Assembly: GCA_965613355.1 (NCBI GenBank)
Contig: CBFDVJ010000001.1
Coordinates: 22,688-86,687, forward strand
Length of the DNA stretch: 64,000 nt
Origin: an uncultured Archaeoglobales archaeon
GTDB lineage: Archaea > Halobacteriota > Archaeoglobi > Archaeoglobales > Archaeoglobaceae
Reading direction: 5' to 3'
A program made the position numbers and the translations under genes. The notes under the pieces are model-generated. The model had not been told where the DNA came from and searched no databases. It was given only the letters and a program-made list of their open reading frames with translations. Positions 20,401 through 30,692 of the stretch are shown in pieces (position 1 is the first letter of the stretch; each line of letters opens with the position of its first letter).

Positions 20401-23400
20401 ATTGTCTCTGGATTCGTTCAACCAGATAAGATACCATCCCTGGACGATGTTGTTGTTTGTGATGGTTGTATTTGTAACTTCATCGAGCAGCGTTATTCCA
20501 GCTTCTTTGTTGTAGAGAAGGTTGTTTTCAGTTATGTTGTTGTAATCTGATGAGAAAATGGCAATGCCGTAATAGCTGCCAAATACGGAATTGTTCATTA
20601 TAAGGTTGTTGTTTGCTTGATAGTCAACATATATTCCCGCCCCTGAGCTTGGATACAATTCGTTGTTTCTGATAACGTTGTTCCGCGATTCCAAGACTGA
20701 GATGCCCGCATATGACGAGTTGACCAAATAATTATCCTCTATCACACTATTCATAGAATAATCGAATATGATACCAGTTTGGAGATAATTGCCTATTCTA
20801 TTATTCCTAACTCTAACCTCATCGGAATTGGAAACATTTATTCCATGCCCAGATGATGAGAGTTCGTTTTCTTCTACCGTAATGTTCTCAGAGTTGAGGA
20901 TTGTTACAATATTCCCCCCATATCTTGCAGAGAAATTGTTTCTTAAAATCAGTGAGTTCTTGATATTGCTTAGATAAAGCCCACGATAGGAATACATTGG
21001 AGAGATGTTATTTGAAGCTATAAGGACCGAGTCACCTCCCGAAATATATATTCCTGTTACTACAGTATCTCCTACGATGGTGTTGTTCGTAATGAGGCTA
21101 TCACTTAATCCACTAAACTCAATTGCGACATAAAATGTTGTATTAAAGTAATTCTCACTTATGACGTTTCCAGTGTTATATGTTTCTATTCCTATCGACA
21201 GACCCCATCCTTGGGATAAGAACCGGTTATTTGAGATATTGGAATTGTAAAGATAACCTGTGCGTATCCCATAACCGTTGTCTCTAAAAATGCAGTTGGA
21301 GATTTCGATATTATCCATGACTCCCCAGTATCCGAATATACCGTCAGTTGATGCGCCCTCTATCGTAATTCCAGTTATGTTTACTTTGTTTCTCAAAGAA
21401 AATACCTTATCACCCATAGCATGAACAATCGTATCGACTGGATTTCTCGAGAAGGATGCGATTTTCTCCAAATTCTTGTCTATTGTGACACTCTCATTGT
21501 ATTGCCCTGGACAGATGATAATCGAGTCTCCGCTGTTTGCAGCATCTACAGCTTCACTTATTGTATGATGATGGGTAATACCCTTAACACAAATACCTCT
21601 GTCCGGCTTGTAAACCACCCTTATCGGCTTGTTTGTCCCCATTATGGCATAAGTTCCACTGGAATTTTGAAGATCAACGTGTGTGAAGACGGCCTTATCA
21701 GCGGGATAAACAACATTTGGCCAGGAGTTAACGGGAAGTCTCCAGTTTCCATCCACGAAGTTGTAGAGTGCTAGAGTATCTTCAATAACCGAAGTTATAT
21801 CTCTGTCTTCATAACTCAAAGTTAAATCAAGATATCCACCCTCACACACCGGATTGAGTTCCAGATAGACTCCAATATTTTGAATGTACTCAAGGCTGTC
21901 CAGAATGGGTTCTGCCTCAGCTATAGCATAGCAGTTTCCAACAAAACTAGCTTTAATATCATTTAGAGATACATTCCAGAAGAGTTCCCTTGATAAACTC
22001 TGAATTGAGACAAAATCCGATGCGTTAAGATGAATCGTTGTGAAGGCATTATCTTCAGTATTTTTGAGCTTTATACCTACCTTCGAGTCAATAACATTAA
22101 TGTTCTCGAATTCATTATGAGAACTATTCTGGACTTTGATGCCCGTATTGGAGTTTGCTATCTCTACATCTCCAAATTCATTGTAATTCGAGGAGGTAAG
22201 ATTAATCGCATCGAAGGTGTCGGAGGAAGCAATATTATGGAAATCACAATTAAAAGAATTTTCGAGGTTGATCGAGCTGTATTCGTGCGTGGACTCCAGA
22301 TCTGACACCGATTGTCTCAAACTACCATTAACATATATCCCGTTTTTATTTCCAGAAGTCCTTATAGTTGAAAAAGAACTCTCATACCCGCCGATATCCT
22401 TAATCCCATACACGTTGTTCTCAGAGGTAAGATCGTAAACATTAGCGAAGGAGACATCATACAAAAACAGCCCTGAGCCTCCCTTTGAGTTATTTGAGAG
22501 TACAAGATTTCTCAGTGTGACTTGAGTAGAGTTAATTATCGTTATTTTTCCGAGATTACTAACATTTTCAGCCACGAGGGTACGGTTTGCTATCCAAATA
22601 TTCTTCGCATTTACATAATGGAGATATGGTTCTCCGTTAACAGTATTTCCAATTATATCATTGTAATAGCTCTCGATCCCATTGAAGAAGATTCCCGACC
22701 CCATAGGATTAATTATTGAGTTGGAGATCAAAGTAAAGGTATTTTTAACGTTGCTGGAGAGTCTTATTCCATTCTCCTGGGGATTAATAATAGTGTTATT
22801 CGCGATCAGTAAATGTCCTGGGGATGTGTCTTTGGATGTTAAAGATTTTACCGCTATGGCTATTCCGTTGTCTGAGAATGTGTTATTATCGATCACATTA
22901 CCTACGCTAACAGAAGGATATCCAAAATAATAGTAGATGCCGTAGGTTGAGTGGAGAATCTCATTATTACTTATCAAATTTCCTGTGCTTGGTTCAATAA
23001 AAGCGATTGCTTCAATCCCCTTTTCGGATGTATCTATCAGATTGTCCAAGATTGTTATATTCTTAGATATATACAGGGAAATACCCTTGCTCGAGAGTTC
23101 AATAACATTATTGCTTATAGTGATGTTGTTGCATTCCTGTTTAAAGAAAACGGGAGGTGAGAGATCAATCCCGATTTTGTGATGATAGAGTGAATTTCCA
23201 TCGATGATGCTGTCCGTCACATTGACGAAAGTTATCCCATAGCGATATCCAGTGAAGGGTGTGAATGGAGTGAACCCTCCAATTCCTCCCGAGCCTTCAG
23301 AATTCAATGCATTATCCCAATCAAGGGTATTATTTCTAATTACAATGTTAGTGGCATCCTCAACAAAAATGATTCTTTCAGTTCCTCCATAGAACTTGAA

Positions 23401-26400
23401 TCCTTCAACGGTTACATTGTCAGAAGTTATATTCATTCTACCAACTATCTCGGCGTTTGAGCCATAAGCTTCGAGTGTGAGAGGTTTATCAATCGCCAGA
23501 ATTTCAGTATATCTTCCATCACAAACTACTATTGTGTCACCACCGCCTGCTGCATAAATCGCATCAGAAATATTGTTGAAATAAAGCGGTGCGGAAAGGC
23601 ATGGAGTTGATGATGCTGGATAAACCACGAGATCCACTCGAGTAATGTTTACTAGAGTAAGAGGTAAATAATCCACGTTGTCATCGTTAAGGAAGTAACT
23701 CGAATCGCAGAAGCTATCTTGATCTGAATTTGGACATGTTTGACTGAATCCCGAATGATCGGTAGCCCAGTAGTTTCCACCAATTTCTGAACCACCAACT
23801 ATATTCGTCCCATTCATTTTCGTTACATTCCAAGAATTGACATAAAACGTGTCTCCAAAGATTGCGTTGTTCTCATTCCTGAAGAAGTTGTCATAAATGG
23901 TATTGTTGCCCGAAGTTGAGAGCTTTATACCATAATTGTTGTCGGTTACAGTGTTTCTGTAAAGTGTATTGAAATCTGAGAGGTAAAGGTCAAATCCTAT
24001 GGTGTTCAGGGTTAGAGTATTGTTAGACAGGATGTTTTCTGAGGATAGATCGATGTGTATTCCAAAGTAGTTTGAGTTGGCGTTGTTTAGATCGATGAGG
24101 TTGTTTATGCTTGAACCTGAGATACTAATTCCATTATAGTTGTCTTTTGCTAAGTTACCGATGACCGAATTGCCTGTAGAATTATAAAGGAAAATTCCGA
24201 TATCGTTGAATTCTGCTGTGTTGTTTATTAATACGTTGTTCTCAGAGCTGTAAACCGAGATTCCATAATCATCATTCAAGGTTGCGGTGTTGTTTTTGAT
24301 CGTATTATAGGTGCTATGAGAAGATAACGAGATTCCATCGTTACCATTCGAGCTTACGGTATTATCAACTGTGGTGATATAACTGGAATTATAAAGTCTG
24401 ATTCCCGTTCCCAAATTTTCTATTGCAATATTATTTGTAATCAGACAATTCTGAGAGTTGCGCAAAACGATTCCATACATTGTGTTTGAGCTTACCGTAT
24501 CGTTCTCAATTCTGCAGTCCTTTACATTTCTGTAATAAATTCCATCCCACCACCCAGTAACAGTCACATTCCTCACCGTCACATTTAAGGTATTGGAGGA
24601 GTAAATGGCTGAACTTCCCAAACTGTTAATTCCATCGATTATATGTCCGTTTCCGTCCAAAATTACATCGTTTGCGGTAATATTAACGCACTTGCTTGCT
24701 GAACTATCCAAGATATCATTCTGAAGGACATAGTAGCCAGGAGTATCGATAACTGTGCAAGAATAGATCCTAAAACCTTCGGCCTTTTTACCCTTCAGAG
24801 GGAGGTAATCTACATTTCCTAGAGAGAGAGTATAGCTTTCATCGCAAAAGCCGTCCAAGTTTGCATCAACACAAATCTGGCTGAAACCTGTGCCATCTGG
24901 TTTAGCCCAGTAGTTTCCGCCCAAATAACTTCCACCAATTATGTTAACCCCTTGGATTTTGCTGACATTCCATGTATTCGAACCTCCAACATTTGCGTTG
25001 ACTGGGTTGTAGAAGTAGTTGTTGTAGATTAGATTGGAGAACGAAGAGGTTTGGGCTATGGTAATTCCGAAGTTGTTTAGGGTTACGGTATTGTTTGAGA
25101 TGGTGTTGTTCCAATTGTTGTATCCCAAATAAATTCCGTAGAAGTTCGAGGTTGCTGTGTTGTTCGTAAAGGTGTTGTGACTTGAATAATCTAGCCAGAA
25201 ACCTCCCTGTCCATTTGAGCTGGCAGTGTTGTTCTCTATTAGGCTGGAGATCAATGAAAGTACAAAACCATAATTCCCGTTTGAGTTAGCAGTATTGTTT
25301 GTTATGGTGGCACTACCCTCTACATAAATCCCCCTATAGTTCGAATTTGCGATATTATTTGATATTAAGCCACCAAGTTCTGAATAAAGCCCATAATTGG
25401 TATTGTAGCTCAGATTGCAGTTCAGAATGCTGTTATCAAGGGAATCTTCGATCCAGATTCCATCATAGTTAGAAATTGCGGAGACGTTGGAGATTATGTT
25501 GCTGTTGCTGGAATACACCAAATTCATTGCCTTTCCGTTTGAATGCAGAAAACTATTCGATATCGTGCAGTAACTTGAATTTAGGAGGCGTATCCCTTTA
25601 CTAAACGATGAAACTTCGAGGTTTGTTACCCTTATATGATCAGAATTTGAGATGGAAATTCCTTGATTGTTACTCCCTGACGAGGTTGCACTTACATTCT
25701 CGATCCTTCCATCGCTTACATAAACAAAACCTATCCCCTTTTCTTTAACAACTAAATTTAGATCTTTCACAGTCACATTAGTTAAAGTTTCACCGGCATA
25801 AACGAAAACAGCATAACCGCTGGATTGCAAAGTTATTGTATGATTGTTTCCATCGAAGTTCACATCGCTAGAGTTAATATAAATACAGTTCGGGGAGGAG
25901 GTGGTGATGTCAGAGATAAGGGAGTAAACTCCTGGCTGACTTATAATGGTGCAGTCACCAACATTTCCCGGTGGCAGTACGGTTTGATTGACCGAAAGCA
26001 TAGGATAGTAGTCTAAAGAAGATATTAACCACGGGCCATTTTGTGGGATGTCATAGGGAACATCACCGATTCCATCGTTGTTTGAATCGATTCCTGAATA
26101 ATCATCCCAGTAGTTGCCCGTGAAATTGTAGTATTGGGAGTTGCTAAAGTTGTAGTACATCCTCTCAGTCGAATTCCAGTGGTTGTTGCCAGAGTCATCG
26201 ACGGCATTCTGGAAGTTGTTGGTGAAGTTGTTGAGGTAGATCGTGTTATTATAAGAGAGAGGATAGATTATACCAATCGATTCGAATTGGGTGTATCCCC
26301 AACCCTTAATGTGTATCCCATATAAACTGTTTGAAATAAAGTTGTTTCTAATCGTGTTATTGAGGGAGCTTGAAACTATCTCTATCCCTACTGAGTTACC

Positions 26401-28374
26401 ACTAAGGCTGTTGTTCTCCACAACAGAATTACTTGTTCCATAGAAGAGAACTCCATGACTGGCTTTATTTAGTACTGAATCTCTCACAACAATGTCGTTG
26501 CAGTTTACGCAAAAAACAGCTCCAGCGTTGGAGGCTGAGTTAATCTCTACACCAGATTCACCTATAAGGTAATAAAGCTTCTTGCCATCCATCAGATTTG
26601 ACGTGTCTATGTCATGCACTATGTCTGAAACATCTTGCCAATCCTCAATCCAGAAGCCATGGGTATTTCCATTCATTAAATTGTTTCTAAGCGTTGTGTT
26701 TGAGGCATATTCGAAATAGATACCATATTCGTTGTTTTCAACCGAATTTCCAATTAAAGAGCAAGAATCCGAATCGTAAAGCTTGATTCCGTACATACTA
26801 TTATCAAAGGAGTGACACTCTACTATGGTTATATTGTACGAAGAATCGAGGTAGATCCCACCTCTACCCGAGTTTCCCGTCACATTAAATATCTCAGAGT
26901 CGCTTAAGTATTCGAATCTCACACCGTAATACCAATCTGTCACCGTAACGTTCTTAACAGAAATATTGGAGAGAGAAGATGAATACCCCTCTGCGTAGAT
27001 GCCATAGATGCCATTAACATCTCCACCATTTATTGCATGACCATTTCCCTCAAGGGTAACATCACTTGATTCTATCTTTATGCAATGATCGTTTCCTGCA
27101 GAAGATATGTCTTGGCTAAGGATATAAACACCGGGAGAATTTATAATCGTGCAAGAATCTACTAGAACTCCAGATGGCTGAACAAGCGTTAATGGAAGGA
27201 AATCTATGTTTTCAGAAGCTAAAGTAAGGCTAGAATCGCAGATTCCATCTCCATCGCTATCACTGCATGTCTGGCTGAAACCAGTGCCATCTGGCTTAGC
27301 CCAGTAGTTTCCGCCCAAATAACTTCCACCAGCTATATTTGTTCCCAATTGCTTGGTTGTATTCCAAGTGTTTGGATACGCTGCAGAAATCTCGAAGTTG
27401 TCTATGTTGTTGAAATAGTTGTTAAAAATGAAATTATCCTGTGAATCGTAGATGTAGATCCCATAATTTGTATTGGAATCTATAGTGTTGTTTACTATCG
27501 TGTTACCCTTCGAATGGTCATATAGCATAATTCCTTCCGAATTCTCATTTATCGTACTATCAGTCAGGTTGTTGCTTTCACTTCCTTCAAAATAAATCCC
27601 ATAATTATCATTCAAAACGGCAGTATTATTCTCAATTGTGTTGTTAGACGCATAGTATAGCCATATTCCGTGAGTGCTAAGGCTAGCCGTGTTATCAATT
27701 ACCGTGTTATTGTCAGACGTATCCAGAGTAATCGCTCCATCTCCATTGCAGTGTCTAACTTTATTCGCTATCACGATATTGAAATTGGAATTGAAAAGGT
27801 AAATTCCATAAGCTGATGTCGAATTTACTGTGTTGTTTTCTATTCGCCCATTATCAACAAAATCATAAGAAATCCCATAACTCCAATCTGAAAGGACAAA
27901 GTTCTTCACAGTCACATTAGTTACCATTGAAGTTGAGTTATAAACCCGAATACCAAAATGACTACCGATCCCGTCAACTACATGCCCTCTACCATCCAAA
28001 ATAACATCACTGGAAGTTATTCCTATACAGTTGGAATCTGCATCGATTATATCTTGAGTAAGAACATAAACGCCAGGAGAGTCTATAACCGTGCACGAAT
28101 CTATTTCACCTCCCGATGGTGGTTGTGTGGTCTCAGCAGCAACCTTAATAACCCATACATCACTACCTCCGGCATCGTAGGATTGAGTAGATCCACTAAT
28201 TATGTACCCACCGTCTGACGTTTGCTGTACTGAACTTGCCTTATCCCAACCAGCCCCTCCGAATGTTTTATTCCATTCTTCATTAGGCGCTTCATTAGCA
28301 TCCGCAAAAGGTATAAGGGTAAATAAGCAACAGACGAGCAAAAATAATAGAACGTATTTTAATCCCAAACTCAT
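14455..28374 (-). CDS. ~4640 aa giant surface protein: six NosD/CASH beta-helix modules, Ig-like, beta-rich region, propeller-like repeats, three CARDB-like domains, Pro/Thr linker, C-terminal TM anchor (alternative start 28392)
   Basis: Uninterrupted 13.9 kb ORF; signal peptide; repeated CTxIxxPGxYxLxxDI caps; DLxI...VxNxG...ExNETNN CARDB motifs; [20 protein letters not shown] plus basic tail. Confidence 0.9.
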   Translation of the reverse strand: MSLGLKYVLLFLLVCCLFTLIPFADANEAPNEEWNKTFGGAGWDKASSVQQTSDGGYIISGSTQSYDAGGSDVWVIKVAAETTQPPSGGEIDSCTVIDSPGVYVLTQDIIDADSNCIGITSSDVILDGRGHVVDGIGSHFGIRVYNSTSMVTNVTVKNFVLSDWSYGISYDFVDNGRIENNTVNSTSAYGIYLFNSNFNIVIANKVRHCNGDGAITLDTSDNNTVIDNTASLSTHGIWLYYASNNTIENNTAVLNDNYGIYFEGSESNNLTDSTINENSEGIMLYDHSKGNTIVNNTIDSNTNYGIYIYDSQDNFIFNNYFNNIDNFEISAAYPNTWNTTKQLGTNIAGGSYLGGNYWAKPDGTGFSQTCSDSDGDGICDSSLTLASENIDFLPLTLVQPSGVLVDSCTIINSPGVYILSQDISSAGNDHCIKIESSDVTLEGNGHAINGGDVNGIYGIYAEGYSSSLSNISVKNVTVTDWYYGVRFEYLSDSEIFNVTGNSGRGGIYLDSSYNITIVECHSFDNSMYGIKLYDSDSCSLIGNSVENNEYGIYFEYASNTTLRNNLMNGNTHGFWIEDWQDVSDIVHDIDTSNLMDGKKLYYLIGESGVEINSASNAGAVFCVNCNDIVVRDSVLNKASHGVLFYGTSNSVVENNSLSGNSVGIEIVSSSLNNTIRNNFISNSLYGIHIKGWGYTQFESIGIIYPLSYNNTIYLNNFTNNFQNAVDDSGNNHWNSTERMYYNFSNSQYYNFTGNYWDDYSGIDSNNDGIGDVPYDIPQNGPWLISSLDYYPMLSVNQTVLPPGNVGDCTIISQPGVYSLISDITTSSPNCIYINSSDVNFDGNNHTITLQSSGYAVFVYAGETLTNVTVKDLNLVVKEKGIGFVYVSDGRIENVSATSSGSNNQGISISNSDHIRVTNLEVSSFSKGIRLLNSSYCTISNSFLHSNGKAMNLVYSSNSNIISNVSAISNYDGIWIEDSLDNSILNCNLSYNTNYGLYSELGGLISNNIANSNYRGIYVEGSATITNNTANSNGNYGFVLSLISSLIENNTASSNGQGGFWLDYSSHNTFTNNTATSNFYGIYLGYNNWNNTISNNTVTLNNFGITIAQTSSFSNLIYNNYFYNPVNANVGGSNTWNVSKIQGVNIIGGSYLGGNYWAKPDGTGFSQICVDANLDGFCDESYTLSLGNVDYLPLKGKKAEGFRIYSCTVIDTPGYYVLQNDILDSSASKCVNITANDVILDGNGHIIDGINSLGSSAIYSSNTLNVTVRNVTVTGWWDGIYYRNVKDCRIENDTVSSNTMYGIVLRNSQNCLITNNIAIENLGTGIRLYNSSYITTVDNTVSSNGNDGISLSSHSTYNTIKNNTATLNDDYGISVYSSENNVLINNTAEFNDIGIFLYNSTGNSVIGNLAKDNYNGISISGSSINNLIDLNNANSNYFGIHIDLSSENILSNNTLTLNTIGFDLYLSDFNTLYRNTVTDNNYGIKLSTSGNNTIYDNFFRNENNAIFGDTFYVNSWNVTKMNGTNIVGGSEIGGNYWATDHSGFSQTCPNSDQDSFCDSSYFLNDDNVDYLPLTLVNITRVDLVVYPASSTPCLSAPLYFNNISDAIYAAGGGDTIVVCDGRYTEILAIDKPLTLEAYGSNAEIVGRMNITSDNVTVEGFKFYGGTERIIFVEDATNIVIRNNTLDWDNALNSEGSGGIGGFTPFTPFTGYRYGITFVNVTDSIIDGNSLYHHKIGIDLSPPVFFKQECNNITISNNVIELSSKGISLYISKNITILDNLIDTSEKGIEAIAFIEPSTGNLISNNEILHSTYGIYYYFGYPSVSVGNVIDNNTFSDNGIAIAVKSLTSKDTSPGHLLIANNTIINPQENGIRLSSNVKNTFTLISNSIINPMGSGIFFNGIESYYNDIIGNTVNGEPYLHYVNAKNIWIANRTLVAENVSNLGKITIINSTQVTLRNLVLSNNSKGGSGLFLYDVSFANVYDLTSENNVYGIKDIGGYESSFSTIRTSGNKNGIYVNGSLRQSVSDLESTHEYSSINLENSFNCDFHNIASSDTFDAINLTSSNYNEFGDVEIANSNTGIKVQNSSHNEFENINVIDSKVGIKLKNTEDNAFTTIHLNASDFVSIQSLSRELFWNVSLNDIKASFVGNCYAIAEAEPILDSLEYIQNIGVYLELNPVCEGGYLDLTLSYEDRDITSVIEDTLALYNFVDGNWRLPVNSWPNVVYPADKAVFTHVDLQNSSGTYAIMGTNKPIRVVYKPDRGICVKGITHHHTISEAVDAANSGDSIIICPGQYNESVTIDKNLEKIASFSRNPVDTIVHAMGDKVFSLRNKVNITGITIEGASTDGIFGYWGVMDNIEISNCIFRDNGYGIRTGYLYNSNISNNRFLSQGWGLSIGIETYNTGNVISENYFNTTFYVAIEFSGLSDSLITNNTIVGDTVVTGIYISGGDSVLIASNNISPMYSYRGLYLSNIKNSLILRNNFSARYGGNIVTILNSENITVEENELSSSGHGINVSNSDEVRVRNNRIGNYLQTGIIFDYSMNSVIEDNYLVNSSYAGISVLESRNNVIRNNELYPSSGAGIYVDYQANNNLIMNNSVFGSYYGIAIFSSDYNNITENNLLYNKEAGITLLDEVTNTTITNNNIVQGWYLIWLNESRDNLVKGNYLFNATSHGIYLNHSDGNTIEDNSVINCKNDAIHMKNSNFNKIIKNTASYSDAGISLVDCTFVNISQNILNENYRGVRLNHTAALLPAEAMESIVVENNSFLNNEYSALDDGRSLYLWYNDSRGNYWSDYDEPSEGCYDSDNNGICDSPYNITGGNNQDMYPLTSPPLTCFGLEMGAISYENQHLVGFAQITDCNGNPISVSSMQVNFSEISEEENGVIFPPIAFTNENGTAIFDYAFNQVGNATIQAETNDPYSERAVRTHRTFNSLARYPDILEINPMYTKYFLKGYGIENGLEVSVGWDGELDPLRVSVTPPTQEAITKKFCIQGHPDPECVWYYYPDDPSYKYTQTTHEGFNMEDLPLGASMFLIEAVSEQTTTVKAETLFHRLQPKGLPRFPQVVRGEKYIEGQNYVDLKKVTKIYVFEDHVEFVYSGYTFYWDFDAHRLSLDTPDVGVSIDLDDYAGSIRYSGEIEIEAEYDKGEVGFNYSDGVDIEASFNTSDYEVSFNYDDGSISLSAAYKDSLLRFVYQGVGVSYDKSRGDVVFYKDNKAYICYFNGSGIEYRGDIPLPDDVKDVIDEVGDVLTGVHTVLVVTDVIIDVTKITDSALDIIGIIEPIMEVIDKIPGFDVPSGVPWVGGHYGVTTYIPSGKHTPQEGTFCSNPGACGIFFEENATFSSFTGRGRMSYGGGIYYTFGEQTLAGICAQRIAIYKPSSNTLYLDEVDWNLIVDVQDIPLTEWDFVVIKAGVTMDVRVSFGIVQRTESGELKFYNATADVDIWGEASGGASVVIASVEVTVGANVGMGAELDRNYDFSITSLRAGVLIRVDWHFLFYSDHWGRKFICDLWNGNCWTEPASKPEYWRLSDRDYLTAEYNTLAGELIHSSPTQEYIIVKNTYPDADPKLALGIDNEEMIVYSADNPSKNLTRAFDIYYTFNESGGWSEPKPIVNDTTSDFKPDLAYTLDNRFIAVWTKLNNESLPENPGNFSEVIKHAEIAYSLYSSGYWTTPALLTNDSYFDYEPKIVADGYEAMVMWIKNPRNEVYIGNNATENHPLENDYYYSIWNGTAFSPEKKAFSDLRLTDNLNFDFHNNSAIAVWTEDMDGNSSTISDKEVFYSIFDGTGWSAKARFTNDGREDRLPDVLYFGDKIMLVWVKDNSTENKTENVILYAIYDGSWSEPESITVEGKVEGLEIARNPANNPVILWQSRMDGDLNIFYSVFDKAHDSWSMSNTLTNDFDLEQSFSPIINSKNEILNVYIKKEIKLQNETVTAGNETFNVTTTKFENASIYLLKHKIIVDLEIDGGDIGFSSTPEPGKDITIAVKVHNVGDLALDNVLVRFTDNGRIIRTKIIDFIRGSETKEVTLNWTVPSDGRQHIIYVEIDPLDSIAEGNETNNIASKPILMPDLAHRIMHILYEFDKISITTTVINRGHYKANESTVNFYYSTSPFFNKDKVLIDSQTVRSLEISETEDLTAVWDVSGLPAGYYYIHLMLDENNEIAEGDETNNHELIPVLIGPDLEVRGEEISVSSDFGDNATIDVKVRNVGSVIAENVEVALFKNNPYTVVNGTSVINESAIIDKTSLYSISPNQSADVTFNAILPAGKYIFFVVADYNNTIEEIGETNNVAVFPHPKNVVTRMIKVSEETVDSNNDRLIDYLGIGFSVNLSKAGDYTITGSLYKGNQRITHTSNTMHLDSGNQIVYLNFSGIEIRNSCEDGPYDVVGVKLYSHNPGLIGKAEDTTTASYNSSDFQGKPVHLLEVVEDYGLDTDNNGLYDYLVVKLKLNVEQEGDYIIYGSLGGSFITNLYKSAPLDTGTQLITLEFRGEDIGKSEENGNYYLSYLKIYNNDLSLVEEREDTYQTNYYQACQFESYPGDACIKKQPTPTPVPTQIRVPHYTPFPTPTPKPTPTPTPTPSEIPTPYPAPSPVPSPISIPTPTPTPKPTPTPTPPQPLQLWQLALPIIAIIAILIAVLAYKGRIGKGGA
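14556..14763 (-). repeat. Pro/Thr-rich low-complexity linker coding repeat
   Basis: [13 protein letters not shown] occurs twice just before the TM helix. Confidence 0.9.
24876..24937. repeat. 62 bp near-exact repeat, copy 1 (copy 2 at 27270-27331)
   Basis: 60/62 identical; encodes [20 protein letters not shown]. Confidence 0.95.
26062..26118. repeat. 57 bp exact repeat, copy 2
   Basis: Identical to 13233-13289. Confidence 0.95.
27270..27331. repeat. 62 bp near-exact repeat, copy 2
   Basis: 60/62 identical to 24876-24937. Confidence 0.95.
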
Positions 28375-28378
28375 GTTA

Positions 28379-28561
28379 TCAACTCCTACCATTCCGATAG
28401 GTTAACAAACCGTTAAACACAGCATTTGGTTTAATTGCTCGGTTTGCTAGATGATTATTCAGCTCAGTACACCCCGAATTAGGAAAAGAGAACAATTCAA
28501 GGACTACAAGAGTATAGAGTTCACTCTCTCGAGGCTCCATGCCACTAATACAAGGAGACAT
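28379..28561 (-). CDS. Possible 60 aa upstream ORF or gene remnant in the leader of the giant gene
   Basis: GGGGGT SD before ATG 28561; stop is 4 nt before ATG 28374; no recognisable motif. Confidence 0.35.
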   Translation of the reverse strand: MSPCISGMEPRESELYTLVVLELFSFPNSGCTELNNHLANRAIKPNAVFNGLLTYRNGRS

Positions 28562-28593
28562 TTTACCCCCTTTTAATCAGGCGTTGTTATCAG

Positions 28594-28684
28594 AGTAGAA
28601 TAGACTAGGTTGCCTGATAAGAAAAGTCAACAATTAAAAATTTAAATTTTTCGTTGTAAATTTTATCTTGATAATTATTATTAG
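28594..28684 (-). promoter_or_regulatory. Duplicated promoter/leader upstream of the 4645 aa gene
   Basis: 76/91 identical to 14084-14174, with the same BRE/TATA-like core. Confidence 0.8.
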
Positions 28685-28708
28685 GATGCTAAATAATGCC
28701 ATCCCAAA

Positions 28709-29275
28709 CTATAACTTCCCCTTATAATATTTTGTCGCAGGACATCCCAAACACCTTTCATGCTCGTATCTCTTACAGGTACCGCAATGAACACCACATG
28801 GAGCATATTCAAGAGTTTTTTCCGGTACAACGTTGATGTCCAAGAAGCCATCATACTTTATTTCTTGAATTGGGTAAAGTTCGAATCTTCTAACACCTTC
28901 CTGGCTTCTGAGAGAACATTTTTCCAAACTTACACTCTCTAAGGAATGGTAATCTTCAGCAAAAATCAATGCGAAGAGGTTGTAACCGCCTGTGGTAACA
29001 AAGAACTTGATGATCCTCGGACAATCCTTGAACCTTTCAAACAACTTCTCCAATGCCTCTGCACTTTCAAGCTCCATTGCGATCAGAGCGGTTATAATTT
29101 TCAGTTTCTCAGTATTTAAAAGAGGTTTGATTTTTATCAAGTCTTTAGCAACCAGTTTATCCACCCTCTTCTTCGCACCCATTGAAGAAAGGCCTATCGC
29201 CTCACCGATCTCGGATAACGTGGCCCTACCGTCGCGCTGGAGAACGGCTATGATCTTTCTGTCTCTTGTATCCAT
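28709..29275 (-). CDS. Lrp/AsnC family regulator with C-terminal Cys cluster
   Basis: N-terminal HTH (IIAVLQRDGRATLSEIGEAIGLS), RAM domain (TTGGYNL), tail CGVHCGTC...CLGC. Confidence 0.9.
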   Translation of the reverse strand: MDTRDRKIIAVLQRDGRATLSEIGEAIGLSSMGAKKRVDKLVAKDLIKIKPLLNTEKLKIITALIAMELESAEALEKLFERFKDCPRIIKFFVTTGGYNLFALIFAEDYHSLESVSLEKCSLRSQEGVRRFELYPIQEIKYDGFLDINVVPEKTLEYAPCGVHCGTCKRYEHERCLGCPATKYYKGKL

Positions 29276-29464
29276 GATTCTGATAAAATCTTCAGAGTTT
29301 AAAAAGTTTAAGTTAAAAATTGTTCTAGACTTTTAAGTTTAATATGTAATTTTAATATAAACCTAAACCTACTTCTCAATTCACCCCAGTATACCATTCC
29401 CTCGAGAAATTTCTCCCAAATAACTACTCCCTATCGCAACCTGTCTGCGAAAGCCTTTTCATGT

Positions 29465-30310
29465 CTACACAGGCAATTTGAGCCCCAAGCCTGCCTCAAT
29501 CATTTTCCAGCCCATATACACCATTACCACAATGAAAACATACCTTAATTTCCTCGCAGGAAGTCTGTGTGCTGTCCTTGCACCAACCTGAGCCATAAGA
29601 ACGCTCGTTACCGCAAGTAAGATCCACGATTCTAGATTTACGTATCCAATGAGATGTCCAATCGGCGAGGTTAGAGGTACTCCAGCTCTTAGTCCATTGT
29701 AGATGTAACCGGCAACACCTCCAAGGCTTGTGAATATCATCAGGGCCGTTGACGTTCCAACCGCAAGATGGATTCCAAAAGATAATGCCACTACCATCAC
29801 AGGAACCATCAGGACTCCACCTCCAATCCCTATTATGCCTGTCACGATTCCAAGTGGAAAACCCCATGCAGCCCACAATAGTGGGTTGTCAGCCGGTTTC
29901 CTGCCGGTCTCCTCAGGGGGTTTTGCTGTGAGCATTCTAATTGCCCCTCCGATTACCGCAAGCCCGAAGATTATCCTCAGGATGTACTTCGGTGTTAATG
30001 CAGCAATACTTGAGCCTATAACAGCTCCAATAGCTCCCGTAATCCCAAGAACGATTGCCGCTTTCCACCAAACGAATCCCTTTCTCGAGTGCGCAAAAGC
30101 TCCACTTGCCGCAGTTGGAAATACGACGAGCAGGTTTGTCCCGAAAGCCACCATCGTTGCGGTCGCTGGGTCGATACCCATTGAAGTATAAACGAAGTAC
30201 TGCACTGGGATCATGATGAAGCACCCACCTACTCCGAGTAAACCACTCGCAAAGCCGACACCCAACCCAGTTACCAAGAGAATTATGGCAGCCTGAATGA
30301 AGCCCATCAT
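29465..30310 (-). CDS. Sulfite exporter TauE/SafE family membrane protein
   Basis: Duplicated GxxxGLLGVGG / GIIGIGGG motifs, multiple TM segments, AxGTS. Confidence 0.9.
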   Translation of the reverse strand: MMGFIQAAIILLVTGLGVGFASGLLGVGGCFIMIPVQYFVYTSMGIDPATATMVAFGTNLLVVFPTAASGAFAHSRKGFVWWKAAIVLGITGAIGAVIGSSIAALTPKYILRIIFGLAVIGGAIRMLTAKPPEETGRKPADNPLLWAAWGFPLGIVTGIIGIGGGVLMVPVMVVALSFGIHLAVGTSTALMIFTSLGGVAGYIYNGLRAGVPLTSPIGHLIGYVNLESWILLAVTSVLMAQVGARTAHRLPARKLRYVFIVVMVYMGWKMIEAGLGLKLPV

Positions 30311-30552
30311 CTCAAATCACCTCTTATAAACCACTCTATGCATGCAACACTTGTAAAGATCGATAGGATGGATTTTAGACCAGAAATCTTACCTACTCTT
30401 CGGTAGCTAAGTTCTCCTATCTTTACAATTTTCGCAAAAACTTCTGTCCACTTCCTATCTCCAGCCGCTACAGCAACAACGATCATTATCGGGCGCTGGG
30501 CTTCTGGAATACTCTCAAGTGTCATAACGAGCACCTTTTCACTTTCGTTCAA
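30307..30552 (-). CDS. Hypothetical small protein or degenerate gene
   Basis: TTG start, overlaps the TauE start; no clear family motif. Confidence 0.3.
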   Translation of the reverse strand: MNESEKVLVMTLESIPEAQRPIMIVVAVAAGDRKWTEVFAKIVKIGELSYRRVGKISGLKSILSIFTSVACIEWFIRGDLR

Positions 30553-30692
30553 TTTATATGATAAACGATATTTATAGTTTTGGTTTAAAAAGTAAACAAA
30601 AGTGAGTTATGCCAAGACAAGAAAAGCTCCACTACTTACATTGCTCATGTTTGAAATTGAATCGTCGTAAGAAAGTAGGGTTAAAAATTCTT

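Noticed and set aside
30307-30552. DsrE-like sulfur carrier next to TauE
   Set aside because: Only vague N-terminal resemblance; the conserved motif and Cys position are not recognisable.
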